From NCBI GenBank assembly GCA_963719085.1, contig CAVRAL010000004.1, positions 32,001 to 96,000 of the forward strand: a stretch of DNA of 64,000 bases, in the 5' to 3' direction. The translations under genes were made by a program, and so were the position numbers. The stretch is from a candidate division FCPU426 bacterium (GTDB taxonomy: Bacteria; Oederibacteriota; Muellerivitia; Muellerivitales; Muellerivitaceae). Position 1 is the stretch's first letter. Every line of letters begins with the position of its first letter. The notes under the pieces were generated by a model that searched no databases, was not told the origin of the DNA, and saw only the letters and a program-made list of their open reading frames with translations. Shown in pieces: positions 27,750-37,067 of the stretch.

Positions 27750-28094
27750 TTAAAAACCCAAAAAAACAACGCCGCAAACCAATAGATTTAAAAATAAAAA
27801 AGTAAGACACAAAACCGATAAAAAAAGAACGTTAATCTTGGCGTGATTTTCAGGCTTGGTCCAGGGACGAATTATGAAAAACAAGGCCACCACCCCTAGG
27901 CAAACCAACTTTGATCCCATAAAATTTGAAATTTCCGAGAACACGGACAAAAGGAAAGAAGGTGCGGCGTCCTCGGCATGAAGCCGGGTCTGGACGCAAG
28001 GAATAATTTTCAGTTCAATAAAGCTAAAACTTATTAGCAACAAGGCGCAAATGACAATCAGGATTTTCCGTGGCGGCACCCCAGTGTTTTTCAT
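27750..28094 (-). CDS. Hypothetical membrane protein
   Basis: 114 aa with three hydrophobic segments; AT-rich. Confidence 0.5.
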   Translation of the reverse strand: MKNTGVPPRKILIVICALLLISFSFIELKIIPCVQTRLHAEDAAPSFLLSVFSEISNFMGSKLVCLGVVALFFIIRPWTKPENHAKINVLFLSVLCLTFLFLNLLVCGVVFLGF

Positions 28095-28126
28095 TTTCGA
28101 ATGCCCTTATTAAACTATTTTAAATA

Positions 28127-28525
28127 TTAAAATTGAACTTCCGACTCACTACGTATTCGCATCACCGATTCCTGGTCGAATTTTTTCTTATAAATATCGA
28201 TGATGGCTTGAATCGCTTTATCTTCGGCGAGGCTATCTGGGTGAATCAGCAAAAGTACCTTGGCGGGTTCTTTGCTTATTTTCCCTTTTGGGTTCTTCCA
28301 TTGGCCCTTGGCGTCCCAAACCGTCAGCCCATCGGGAAAACGAGGGGTTACTTCACCGCTTAAGAACTGATTCCATTCGACGTCGCTCACCCGGCCTTGG
28401 GGCTTATCCAATCCGAAATAAAGGGTATCCTCGACCAAAACCGGCTGGGATTGGACCGTGGCGCGGGGAGCGCAGGCGCAAATCAATAGCACTAAGGCTC
28501 CTGCCAAAAGCGGGACTTTTTTCAT
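28127..28525 (-). CDS. DUF3574-family lipoprotein
   Basis: Lipobox; LYFG...W-x2-FL-x2-EVTPRFPDGLTV-x-DA-x-GQW...F-x-QESV. Confidence 0.8.
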   Translation of the reverse strand: MKKVPLLAGALVLLICACAPRATVQSQPVLVEDTLYFGLDKPQGRVSDVEWNQFLSGEVTPRFPDGLTVWDAKGQWKNPKGKISKEPAKVLLLIHPDSLAEDKAIQAIIDIYKKKFDQESVMRIRSESEVQF

Positions 28526-29892
28526 AAAAACCGTCCCATTTCAAAGCGAAGGGCTGAAGTTAACTCGGGATAAAAAAACTCAAAACCCGCTTGGCTGAGC
28601 CGTTCTGGCGCCACTTTTTGGCCTTCCAGTAAAAGCCGCTCCCCCATCTCGCCGAATAAAAGTTTCACAACGAAAGCCGGCAATGGAAAAATCGCGGGGC
28701 GCCTCAAGACATGGCCCAGGGCCTTCGTGAAATCGTGGTTGGTCACCGCGCCCGGCGCTACCGCGTTAAAGGCTCCCGAAAGATCGTCCCGAACCAATAA
28801 AAAATAATAGATTCCGACTAAATCCTCCAGGGTAATCCAGCTCATCCATTGCGCTCCGCTCCCAATAACCCCGCCCAATCCCAACGAAAAAGGAAGCGCC
28901 ATTTGAGGCAAGGCGCCGCCCGCCAGGTTCAAGACAATCCCGGTCCTGACATGAACCACCCGGATCCCGGCGCGGCCCGCCGGTTCGGCGGCCTTCTCCC
29001 ATTCGGCGCAAACTTCCGGCAAGAACCCGATTCCTAATCGGCTTTTTTCGGTTAAGACTTCCTCACCCCGGTCGCCGTAAAAGCCGATCGCTGAAGCACC
29101 GAGTAAAACTTTCGGAGGTTTGGTCAGCGACGCCAGGTTTTCCGCGAGAAATTTGGTCGCGTCAACGCGGCTTTGGCGGATGGCGGCTTTACGCCTTGGA
29201 TTCCACCGCCCCGCGGCGATGCTTTCCCCGGCCAGATGGATAACCGCGTCAAAACCTTCCAAGGTGTCGCGGTCGATCCGCCGGTTCAAATAGTCCCATT
29301 GAATTTCCCTGGCCTTTGGCCGCGCGGGGCGCCTGACTAAACTCCAAACCTCATGGCCCGCCGTTGAAAGAAACCCCGATAAGGCCTTCCCAATCAACCC
29401 GGAAGCTCCTGTCACGAGGACCCGTTGGGGCCTTGCGGGGGAAAAAGCCAGCCGTTTGAAATCGTTCTGAAGCCTCTCGTGCCGAAAGTGAAAAAGCCGG
29501 TCCAGCCTTCGCCAGGCCCAGTTCCCCACCCAGCCTTTGTTCAGCCCCAAAGGCATTTCGTATTCCACATGGTCCTTCATCCAACAAGTTGAATTAATCT
29601 CAGGGATCACTTTATGGGTATGGACCCATCGGGCGAAGGGACCTTGAACCTGCTCGTCCACGAATTGCCGGCCTTCAATATATTCCTTATGCCGGGCCAG
29701 CCAACCGGGACGAAATGGACCCATTGCGGTTTGGAATAGCGCTTCGTCGCCATTCCGGATACCTTCGGCCTTGAGAATCGTGATTTTCTCCCAGGGCGGC
29801 GTCAGCCTCTGAAAAGCGCCGGGCCGGGTATGCCACTCAAATACTTTGGGCGCCGGAGCGGATATCCGGGATTCTCTCTCATAATTTGGCAT
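28522..29892 (-). CDS. SRPBCC domain fused to TIGR01777-family NAD-dependent epimerase
   Basis: N-terminal WHTRPGAFQRLTPPW; VTGASGLIG, HLAGESIA, SAIGFYG. Confidence 0.9.
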   Translation of the reverse strand: MPNYERESRISAPAPKVFEWHTRPGAFQRLTPPWEKITILKAEGIRNGDEALFQTAMGPFRPGWLARHKEYIEGRQFVDEQVQGPFARWVHTHKVIPEINSTCWMKDHVEYEMPLGLNKGWVGNWAWRRLDRLFHFRHERLQNDFKRLAFSPARPQRVLVTGASGLIGKALSGFLSTAGHEVWSLVRRPARPKAREIQWDYLNRRIDRDTLEGFDAVIHLAGESIAAGRWNPRRKAAIRQSRVDATKFLAENLASLTKPPKVLLGASAIGFYGDRGEEVLTEKSRLGIGFLPEVCAEWEKAAEPAGRAGIRVVHVRTGIVLNLAGGALPQMALPFSLGLGGVIGSGAQWMSWITLEDLVGIYYFLLVRDDLSGAFNAVAPGAVTNHDFTKALGHVLRRPAIFPLPAFVVKLLFGEMGERLLLEGQKVAPERLSQAGFEFFYPELTSALRFEMGRFL

Positions 29893-29908
29893 GCCAAATC
29901 CTTAAAAC

Positions 29909-30008
29909 TTTTTTTACCGCCAAGACGCCAAGTTCGCCAAGAAAGAATTGATGGTGAATCGAAAAATCATTTGAAATTACGAACTCGGAGAACTTGGCGG
30001 TGAAAAAA
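29909..30008. repeat. Intergenic REP-like palindromic element
   Basis: ACCGCCAAG (29916-29924)...CTTGGCGGT (29993-30001), three CGCCAAG iterations, flanking T and A tracts. Confidence 0.6.
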
Positions 30009-30024
30009 TTTTTCTGTTTTACTT

Positions 30025-31038
30025 TTATGGCTTCAAAATCACTTTTCCGGTGTTTCTTCGGTCCGCCAAATAATTGTGCGCTTGGATGATCTTATCGAAC
30101 GAAAACACGCAGTCCACATGGGGGTCAATCCATCCCGCCTGAACTCCCGCCAAAAGCTCCTTCATCCATTCGGTCGCCTTTTCGGATGACGACCACATAT
30201 GGCCCAAATTCACCCCAAAAACCGATTTATTGTCGTTCATCAGCCGGATGAAATTGAACCAAGGCATTTGAAAAATCATCGGTAAAAAAGATAAGACCCC
30301 GAAAGGACCGGCTTTGACGCTGGAAACCCCGTAGGCGCCCAACCGCCCCGCCGGGGCCAGAATCCCATAGCTTTTTTTCCAGTTGGCTCCGCCGACCGGA
30401 TCCAGGATCAAGTCCACGCCTTGATTGCCGGTGGCGGCTAGTACCTCTTGGGCCCAGTCACCCGAGCGGTAATCAAAAAGTTTCTCATAACCCCGTTCCT
30501 TCAAAAAAGCGTGTTTTCCCGGGCTTGCCGTGCCATAAGCCGTCGCCCCGATATAGTGGGCGAACTCCAGCGCGGCTAAACCCACCCCGCCGCCGGCGTT
30601 ATGGACCAAAACCGTCTCGCCTTTTTTCAAACCGCCCATCACCACGATCAATTGATAAGCGGTCAAATAATTCACCGGCAGGGCGGCGGCCTGCTCAAAC
30701 GAAAGCCGGGGCGGTTTTAAAAAGACCTGGCCGATGGGAACAGTGACCTTGGTGGCCTGGCCGCCAAAACGGGTCAAGGCGATGACTTCTTTTTGCGCCC
30801 AGCCCGAATCGACCCCCGGCCCCAGACCCTCGACTACGCCGGCGACCTCATAACCCAAAACACAGGGAAATTTGGGCGCGTCGGGATAAGGACCCTGCCG
30901 GGCCAAAAGATCGGCGAAATTAAGCCCGCTGGCCACCACCCGGATTAAGACCTCCCCCGCTCGGGGCCAGGGATCCTGGGCCTCCTTCACTTCTAAAACT
31001 TCCGGACCGCCCGTCTTCGTCACCCAAATTTGTCGCAC
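30025..31038 (-). CDS. MDR-family (VAT-1/quinone oxidoreductase-like) oxidoreductase
   Basis: GLNFADLLARQG, LGYEVAG, PVNYLTAY, VHNAGGGVG, GKVIL. GTG 31038 has an SD (GAGG); the longer ORF runs into the repeat. Confidence 0.9.
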   Translation of the reverse strand: MRQIWVTKTGGPEVLEVKEAQDPWPRAGEVLIRVVASGLNFADLLARQGPYPDAPKFPCVLGYEVAGVVEGLGPGVDSGWAQKEVIALTRFGGQATKVTVPIGQVFLKPPRLSFEQAAALPVNYLTAYQLIVVMGGLKKGETVLVHNAGGGVGLAALEFAHYIGATAYGTASPGKHAFLKERGYEKLFDYRSGDWAQEVLAATGNQGVDLILDPVGGANWKKSYGILAPAGRLGAYGVSSVKAGPFGVLSFLPMIFQMPWFNFIRLMNDNKSVFGVNLGHMWSSSEKATEWMKELLAGVQAGWIDPHVDCVFSFDKIIQAHNYLADRRNTGKVILKP

Positions 31039-31058
31039 GCGAAAACCTCGTTTGTTTA

Positions 31059-31197
31059 TTAGAACCTGTTTTAAAAGCCCCAAACAATTTTCACCACCAA
31101 GGCACCAAGACTCCAAGAAAACACTTATTTTCAATCAAAATTTTTTTTGCCTTCCTTGGCGTCTTGGCGGTAAAAGAGGTTTTGAAATGACTTCTAA
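31059..31197. repeat. REP-like element inside MITE-like imperfect inverted ends
   Basis: Inner CACCAAG-x-CACCAAG-x-CTCCAAG...CTTGGCGTCTTGGCGGT; outer TTAGAACCTGTTTTAAAA / TTTTGAAATGACTTCTAA. Confidence 0.55.
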
Positions 31198-31199
31198 GA

Positions 31200-31739
31200 C
31201 TATTTCCTTTCCATCTCCACGACCTTTTCTAAAACCTTTAAAAAGGGTCCGTAGGTCCAATCCCCGTCATACCGAAAGCCATTCACGAAAAAGGTGGGGG
31301 TTCCATTTACGCCGCTCCGCACACCGCCTTCAAAATCCTTCTCCACCCGTTCCTCAATCGCGGAATCCGCCATGGCCTTGGCCCAGAGTTTGAAATCCAA
31401 CCCCAGTTTTTTCGCGTAGCCTTCCAAGCTTTCCGGATCAATGTTTTCCTGATTCTCGAAAATCAAATCGTGCATTTCCCAAAATTTTCCCTGTAATCCA
31501 GCGGCTTCCGCCGCCTTGGCCGCGTTAAGCGCGTCCGGGTGAACTTCGGACAAAGGAAAATCGCGGAAGGTGAATTTTAAATTGGCCCCCAAAGCTTTTT
31601 GAAGGCGCTTCACGATGGGAAAAGCCGCCCGGCAATGGGGGCATTGAAAATCGCCGTATTCCACCAAGTGTACCGGAGCCTTATCGGGCCCCAAGGAATG
31701 ATCGGCTTGAGTGACCGGATTTTTGAGTTGGGTGCTCAT
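31200..31739 (-). CDS. DsbA-family (Thioredoxin_4) protein
   Basis: EYGDFQCPHC, FRDFPL, GVNGTPTFFVNG. Confidence 0.9.
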   Translation of the reverse strand: MSTQLKNPVTQADHSLGPDKAPVHLVEYGDFQCPHCRAAFPIVKRLQKALGANLKFTFRDFPLSEVHPDALNAAKAAEAAGLQGKFWEMHDLIFENQENIDPESLEGYAKKLGLDFKLWAKAMADSAIEERVEKDFEGGVRSGVNGTPTFFVNGFRYDGDWTYGPFLKVLEKVVEMERK

Positions 31740-32212
31740 ACTTTCTCCTTTCGCGCCAAGACTTCCAAAGCGTCTAGAATTCCATCCGCCCCTGGATTAA
31801 TGCCCACCGGCGACAAATAACTCCACCGGATCACCCCTTCGGTATCGATCACGAAAATAGCCCTTTCACTGGTGCCTTCGGCTTCCCGGTAGGCGCCATA
31901 AAGCCGGGCCACCGCGCCTTTAGGCTCAAAATCGGCCAGCAGGGGGAATTTGTATTTCCGGTCTTTCTCAAAGGCCAAATGACACCAAATGCCGTCGACT
32001 GAAATCGCGAGGATCTCGGCGTTATGTTTGCGGATCATGGACAGCGCCTCGTTATAAAGGGCGAGTTGATCCCCGCAAACCGGACTCCAATCCGCGGGAT
32101 AAAAAACCAGAACAACGTTCTTACCCCTAAATTCAGAAAGCGAAACCTTTTGGTCGGGCGTGGAAGGCAGGGAAAAATCCGGTGCCCGGACCCCTTCTTT
32201 TAAGATTCCCAT
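31736..32212 (-). CDS. AhpC/TSA-family peroxiredoxin (AhpE-like)
   Basis: APDFSL, FYPADWSPVC, SERAIFVID. Confidence 0.88.
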   Translation of the reverse strand: MGILKEGVRAPDFSLPSTPDQKVSLSEFRGKNVVLVFYPADWSPVCGDQLALYNEALSMIRKHNAEILAISVDGIWCHLAFEKDRKYKFPLLADFEPKGAVARLYGAYREAEGTSERAIFVIDTEGVIRWSYLSPVGINPGADGILDALEVLARKEKV

Positions 32213-32412
32213 GAATATCTCCTTGGCCGTATTTTGAATGCAAAAAGACGTCCCGCCAATTATGGCAGTAGGACGTCTTGGGAAACAAGTCGAAGGGCTG
32301 GATTGTTGGGCGTTAGGCGGGCCCCGGGAACAGGGTGGAGTTCGAAGAATGCTCCTTGAAATTCACCCGGGGGAAACCAACAATAAGCCTCTAGTTCAAT
32401 CGGAGGAGTTCC

Positions 32413-32658
32413 ATGTCAAAACCCATCATTGTTTACACCACATCCTGGTGCGGGGATTGCCGCAACCTTAAAAACCAATTAAAAGACCATCACATCGATT
32501 TTGAGGAACGGGATATTGAGCAAAATGAAACCGATTATAAAACCATGCTGGGTTACACCAACGGAAAACGGGTCATCCCCACGGTGGATATCGGCGGGAA
32601 GATCCTGATCAATCCGCGGTTTTCCCAAATCGCCGAGGTTTTAGGAATCACCGCTTAA
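32413..32658 (+). CDS. Glutaredoxin-like protein
   Basis: YTTSWCGDC and VIPTV; SD GGAGG. Confidence 0.85.
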   Translation: MSKPIIVYTTSWCGDCRNLKNQLKDHHIDFEERDIEQNETDYKTMLGYTNGKRVIPTVDIGGKILINPRFSQIAEVLGITA

Positions 32659-32675
32659 TTCAAGCCCGGCATCGG

Positions 32676-32858
32676 TCAAGTCTCGCTGTCGGATCCGTCT
32701 TCCAAAACCTCCATGGTCTTTTCTGGAAAACCTTTTGGCAAAACCCGGCCCTTCCTCATTTTTTCATATTCTTTCGACCAAAGCTTGTGGCGTTTAAGAT
32801 ATTCCAAATCCTTGGGCGCCAACCGGAGGAGCCATTCCTCAAATTGATCGTAGGTCAT
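32676..32858 (-). CDS. Small hypothetical protein
   Basis: 60 aa with SD GAGGGAG upstream; protein-like composition. Confidence 0.5.
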   Translation of the reverse strand: MTYDQFEEWLLRLAPKDLEYLKRHKLWSKEYEKMRKGRVLPKGFPEKTMEVLEDGSDSET

Positions 32859-32931
32859 CGCGCATTCTCCCTCAATGGATCCTAAATAAAATTCTTGTGA
32901 AAATTATAAATCGAGGACGGGCTTTCCCAAA

Positions 32932-34461
32932 CTACCGAATAACTAATATTTTAGCGAAATTCGATTTGGTGATTTGCAGGTAATAGATCCCGTCCGCCAA
33001 AGGAGCCCCATTGGGCTCGTTGAGGGAAATCGGGGCTTCGTGGTCCCCGGCGGAAAAAGCGCCTAGCTGGATTTCCAATATTTTTCGGGACGCGACCGTA
33101 TAAAGCTTCAAGCCGACGGATGATTGCGCCTGATCAAGATGAAAATGAACCATAACCGGTTTCAGCCCGTTGGAAGGATTGGGATAGACCACCAAAACCG
33201 GAATCTTGGAAACCGTCAAAGTCGCGGTTGAGGTCGCGGTCAAGACGGGAATCGGCGTCAAAGTCGCGCTAGCGGTCTGCGTGGGCGTGAAGGATGGGAT
33301 CAAGGTGGAAGTCTCCGTGGCCGTAGGCAAGGGGGTGTCCGTGGGAAGCGGGGTCCCTGTGGCCGTGGGAGAAACGGAGTCGGTTGAAGTGACGGAAGGC
33401 GTGGGTGTATCGCTGGCCGGGGTCGTCGCGGTCTGAGTCGCGGTAGCGGAAGGAGTCGGCGTTATCGTTGAAGTTGGAGTGAACGTCGGGGTCGCGGTGA
33501 CCGAGGGCGTTAAAGTGGTTGTCGGAGTCGCCGATGGAGTGCCGGTCGAAGTCGTGGAAGCCGTCACCGTCGGGGTTTCGGAATCGGTGGGAGTCAAAGT
33601 CACCGTGGGGCTGTGAGTCACGGTCGCTGAAGCCGTCGGCGTGGCGGTCGGGGTGATGGTCCCGGTTAAAGTCGGGGTCGCGGTGATCGATGGAGTTGAG
33701 GTTTGAGTTGAAGTGCTTGAGCCTGTACTTGTAGCCGTTGGGGTTCGGGTGGCCGTTAGGGTGGGAGTAACAGTCGCCGTCCGGGTATGGGTGGGGGTGA
33801 AAGTCGTTGTCATCGTCTGGCTAACGGTGGGGCTATCCGTCACCGTCGGGGTTAAGCTGAGGGTGGGGGTAAGGGTCGCCGTTCGGGTTGCGGTAAGGGT
33901 TGGGGTTAAAGTCACGGTCCTCGTACTGGAAGGCGTCAAGGTCGCCGTGACGGTTCGGGTAAACGTCGCGGTGTCCGTTTGTGTCGGGGTCCTTGTGGGC
34001 GTCGAGGTGGCGATCGGCGCGGGGGTGTTTACCACCACTTCCCCGACCATCAGTCCGGTACAAACCACCGAGCAATTAGTCCCACTGGTGCCGCCGCAGG
34101 TGCTATGGATGTCACAATGAAAAGGAAAAGGCGAGCCGACGGCCGTGCTGAAAACCTGGGTGACGGCGGTACCGACGGCTACCCCTTCGAAATTATAATC
34201 CGCGCAGGTTCCGCTGCCGGTTCCGTTGTCGACATCCACCGTGTGGAACCCGCCGGCAAAAATCCACGCCACCGATTGGCCTTGGGTAATGGTGACCGCC
34301 GTCGGGTTAAAGACATCCGCGGCCAGTCCGGCCCCGGCGCTACCCACAGTGACAAAAGCCGCCGGAGTCTGACTAAAAGATTTGCCCGCGGCGCATATTA
34401 AAAAAATAAAAACCCGCCCGAGGGACCAACCCAGCTTTTTTCCTCGGACGGGCTTTTTCAT
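32932..34461 (-). CDS. Secreted cupredoxin-domain protein with Thr/Pro stalk and T9SS-like C-terminal domain
   Basis: FNPTAVTITQGQSV, FHTV, FHCDIH...M; long T-x-T-P linker; VYPNP...LYTVASRKI...LADGIYY. Confidence 0.78.
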   Translation of the reverse strand: MKKPVRGKKLGWSLGRVFIFLICAAGKSFSQTPAAFVTVGSAGAGLAADVFNPTAVTITQGQSVAWIFAGGFHTVDVDNGTGSGTCADYNFEGVAVGTAVTQVFSTAVGSPFPFHCDIHSTCGGTSGTNCSVVCTGLMVGEVVVNTPAPIATSTPTRTPTQTDTATFTRTVTATLTPSSTRTVTLTPTLTATRTATLTPTLSLTPTVTDSPTVSQTMTTTFTPTHTRTATVTPTLTATRTPTATSTGSSTSTQTSTPSITATPTLTGTITPTATPTASATVTHSPTVTLTPTDSETPTVTASTTSTGTPSATPTTTLTPSVTATPTFTPTSTITPTPSATATQTATTPASDTPTPSVTSTDSVSPTATGTPLPTDTPLPTATETSTLIPSFTPTQTASATLTPIPVLTATSTATLTVSKIPVLVVYPNPSNGLKPVMVHFHLDQAQSSVGLKLYTVASRKILEIQLGAFSAGDHEAPISLNEPNGAPLADGIYYLQITKSNFAKILVIR

Positions 34462-34463
34462 GT

Positions 34464-34901
34464 CTATTGGACAACGACATTGCCTGTCATACCCGAACAG
34501 GGACCGCCCAGACAGCCGGAACTACAGCTGCCATGGACTTCACAATAAAAAGGAAACGTTCCCGCCGTTGTGAAAACCTGGGTCACCGCGTCACCCGCCG
34601 TGGAACTTTCAAAGTTATAGCTGTGGCAGGTGCCCGTATTCGTACCGTCATTCACGTCGGCGGTATGAAATCCGCTGGCATAATAAAACACCAACGACTC
34701 TCCATGGGTAATTGTCACCGCGGTTGGGTTGAAAACATTCGCCCCCCCGTAACCCACCGTGACAAAGGCCCCGACGGTTACCCCGCCACCCCCTCCGCCC
34801 CCGCCCGGCGCTCCCGTCATATAGTCCGTATGATTGCAGGCCCAGCCGCCCAACGAGGTGACCGCCACCACCGTCGCAAAAGCCCAGACATTCCAACGCA
34901 T
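34464..34901 (-). CDS. Cupredoxin (plastocyanin/azurin-like) lipoprotein
   Basis: Lipobox-like GGWAC; FNPTAVTITHGE, FHTA, GTFPFYCEVH...GMTGNVVV. Confidence 0.78.
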   Translation of the reverse strand: MRWNVWAFATVVAVTSLGGWACNHTDYMTGAPGGGGGGGGVTVGAFVTVGYGGANVFNPTAVTITHGESLVFYYASGFHTADVNDGTNTGTCHSYNFESSTAGDAVTQVFTTAGTFPFYCEVHGSCSSGCLGGPCSGMTGNVVVQ

Positions 34902-34978
34902 GAAAAACCTCCGCTATTCAGCGATTTAAACCATTCGGTCGAAATCAAGCCAACCCGTGCATACACACCTTCTCAGTT

Positions 34979-35023
34979 GATATACCCCCCTTTAGGAGGT
35001 CTGTCAAGAAAAGGGGGGGCTAT
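34979..35023 (-). promoter_or_regulatory. Promoter of the cupredoxin pair with a C-tract/G-tract inverted repeat
   Basis: TTGACA (35002-35007)-N17-TATATC; overlapping inverted repeat CCCCCCTTT...AAAGGGGGG. Confidence 0.45.
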
Positions 35024-35161
35024 TAAAAGGAAGTGAAGAAAGAAGGATCAAAATTTGGTTACAAAAAATAATTCTTAAAAAGAAGGGAATTTTCTTAACG
35101 GCGGGCCGAGTTCTTAAGGGTTTGAAGCTTTTGTCTCAAAATACTCGGCTGGAGAGCCCTT

Positions 35162-35617
35162 TTATTTTTCCCGAACAATGAGTATGGCCGCGTCCAGTTT
35201 GGACACGAAATCCTTCCAGGTTTTGGAGCCGAACCCCTTTTCCACTTTCGCCTGGGCCGCATGCCAATAGGGGGCGGCTTTGAGGATGACCTGGGTTCCC
35301 TTCTCGGTCAGCACAATGCCGCTTTTTCGCCGATCGGTCCCCCGCACATTTTTCAAAAAGCCTTTTTTATAAAGCGGCCTAAGGGCCCGGGTAAGCGTGG
35401 TGCGGTCGGAGACAATGGCGTCCGAAAGCTCGGACATAGTGGTTTTTTCTTTTAACCCGGCGGCCATGAGAATCACCAATTGGGTGGACCTTAAACCCGT
35501 GGGACGCAGAACCTGGTCGAAAAATTGGGTCATCACCCGCGCCGCTTTGCGTAAATTAAAACTCGCGCAGGCGTTGATATAAAACATCAGTTGTTCTTTT
35601 TTTAACCGGGGAGCCAT
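35162..35617 (-). CDS. MarR-family transcriptional regulator
   Basis: CASFNLRKAARVMTQFFD, DRTTLTRAL, DRR...LTEKG; ATG 35617 lies 6 nt after TATACT. Confidence 0.9.
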   Translation of the reverse strand: MAPRLKKEQLMFYINACASFNLRKAARVMTQFFDQVLRPTGLRSTQLVILMAAGLKEKTTMSELSDAIVSDRTTLTRALRPLYKKGFLKNVRGTDRRKSGIVLTEKGTQVILKAAPYWHAAQAKVEKGFGSKTWKDFVSKLDAAILIVREK

Positions 35618-35720
35618 GAGCAAAGTATAGGAAAGGCCGCCGAATAAATCTAGCGGACTTCCCTTAGGGTCCAACTCGTTTGTCCTGTTCATTTTTTATT
35701 TTTTAAATTACAGTGAGCGC

Positions 35721-36332
35721 ATGCCTTCCACCAAACCCCTCCCGCTTCTATGGAAAACCCCGGCCGGATGGGCCGCTTCGGTTTTAGAATCCCCCCTGGA
35801 TTTACTTTCGGACCAGGCCTATTTGGAAAAAAAAGCCGCCAATAACGCCCTGGAATTCCTCAATATCTGGCCCGGCGCCCAAGCCCCCGATCATTGGCTC
35901 GCCTCCTTGACGTCCATCGCCCGGGATGAGACCCAACATCTGCAAATGGTGATCCGTTTATTGGAAAAAAGAGGGGGACGGCTGGCCCGGTCCCATAAGA
36001 CGCCCTACGCCACTGAGCTTCGCCTGCTGATCCGCAAGGGCAAGGGTTCGGAAGAATTGGCCGACCGCCTTTTAGTCTCCGCTTTAATCGAGGCCCGTTC
36101 CTGCGAGCGCTTTGAGTGCTTGGCCGAGAACACGAAGGATCCGGAACTTTCGAAATTTTACGGGGGATTGGTGGCTTCCGAGAACGGACATTATCAATTA
36201 TTCGTGGAGATGGCTAAAAAAGCCCTCACCGCCGAAAAAGTCCAAAAACGCTGGAAGGAACTGTTGGAAGCCGAAGCGCGAATGATCCAGACCCAGACCC
36301 CCGGCCCCCGCATCCATAGCGGCGCCGCGTAA
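35721..36332 (+). CDS. miaE: tRNA ms2i6A37 hydroxylase (MiaE-like di-iron protein)
   Basis: EKKAA, RDETQH, DRLLVSALIEARSCERF, SENGHY, RIHS. Confidence 0.85.
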   Translation: MPSTKPLPLLWKTPAGWAASVLESPLDLLSDQAYLEKKAANNALEFLNIWPGAQAPDHWLASLTSIARDETQHLQMVIRLLEKRGGRLARSHKTPYATELRLLIRKGKGSEELADRLLVSALIEARSCERFECLAENTKDPELSKFYGGLVASENGHYQLFVEMAKKALTAEKVQKRWKELLEAEARMIQTQTPGPRIHSGAA

Positions 36333-36349
36333 AAGGCCCCCGGCGCTTT

Positions 36350-36976
36350 TTATTCGCCGGCCTCCTCTAAAATGACCCCCGCCAATATTTCAGGAGGCTG
36401 GGCCCCCGAAAGATGTGTTTCCCCGATCACGAAATGGGGCACACCGTGGATGCCCATCGCCTGGGCTTGGGATTCGGAAAGGCGCACCTGGGCCTCCCCT
36501 TCGTTCCCTTCCAGCCACTGGGTTGTTTTTTTCGCGTCCAAGCCGCATTCCGCCGCCAAGCGCTTGAGCACCCCGGTGTCCCCCAGGTCCAACCCTTCGG
36601 AAAAATAAGCCTTAAAAAAACGTTCGGCCAATTTTTCTTGTAATCCTTCTTGATCCGCCAGGATCAAAAGCCGATGCGCTTTTAAGGTGTTCGGAATTTT
36701 TTCCGCCCGGTCAAACCGGAAATCAATACCCGCCCCGCTTCCCAATTGGGACAAATGATGATGGGCCTGCTCAATACGCGCCCCGTATTTTTGGGCCAAA
36801 TATTTTTTTCGGTCATATCCTTGTTCGGGAGTGGCCGGATTCAGCTCAAAGGGATGGTAGTGGATGTTCAAATCCACCTTGCGGGGCAGGGACGCGATGG
36901 CCCGTTCCAGGTTTTTCTTGCCCACATAGCACCAGGGACAAATCACATCCGAATAAACGTCAATGGCGAGGGTCAT
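36350..36976 (-). CDS. DsbA-family FrnE-like oxidoreductase
   Basis: SDVICPWCYVG, PFELNP, PNTLKAHRL, GVPHF, SGAQP. Confidence 0.9.
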   Translation of the reverse strand: MTLAIDVYSDVICPWCYVGKKNLERAIASLPRKVDLNIHYHPFELNPATPEQGYDRKKYLAQKYGARIEQAHHHLSQLGSGAGIDFRFDRAEKIPNTLKAHRLLILADQEGLQEKLAERFFKAYFSEGLDLGDTGVLKRLAAECGLDAKKTTQWLEGNEGEAQVRLSESQAQAMGIHGVPHFVIGETHLSGAQPPEILAGVILEEAGE

Positions 36977-37067
36977 GAGTTTTTCCTTTTCATTCTCAAT
37001 TTAGGAAATCAGGGGATGAAAAACAACCCGCCTTTTAGCTTTGGGCTCCGGCCGTTATACTAGGACC

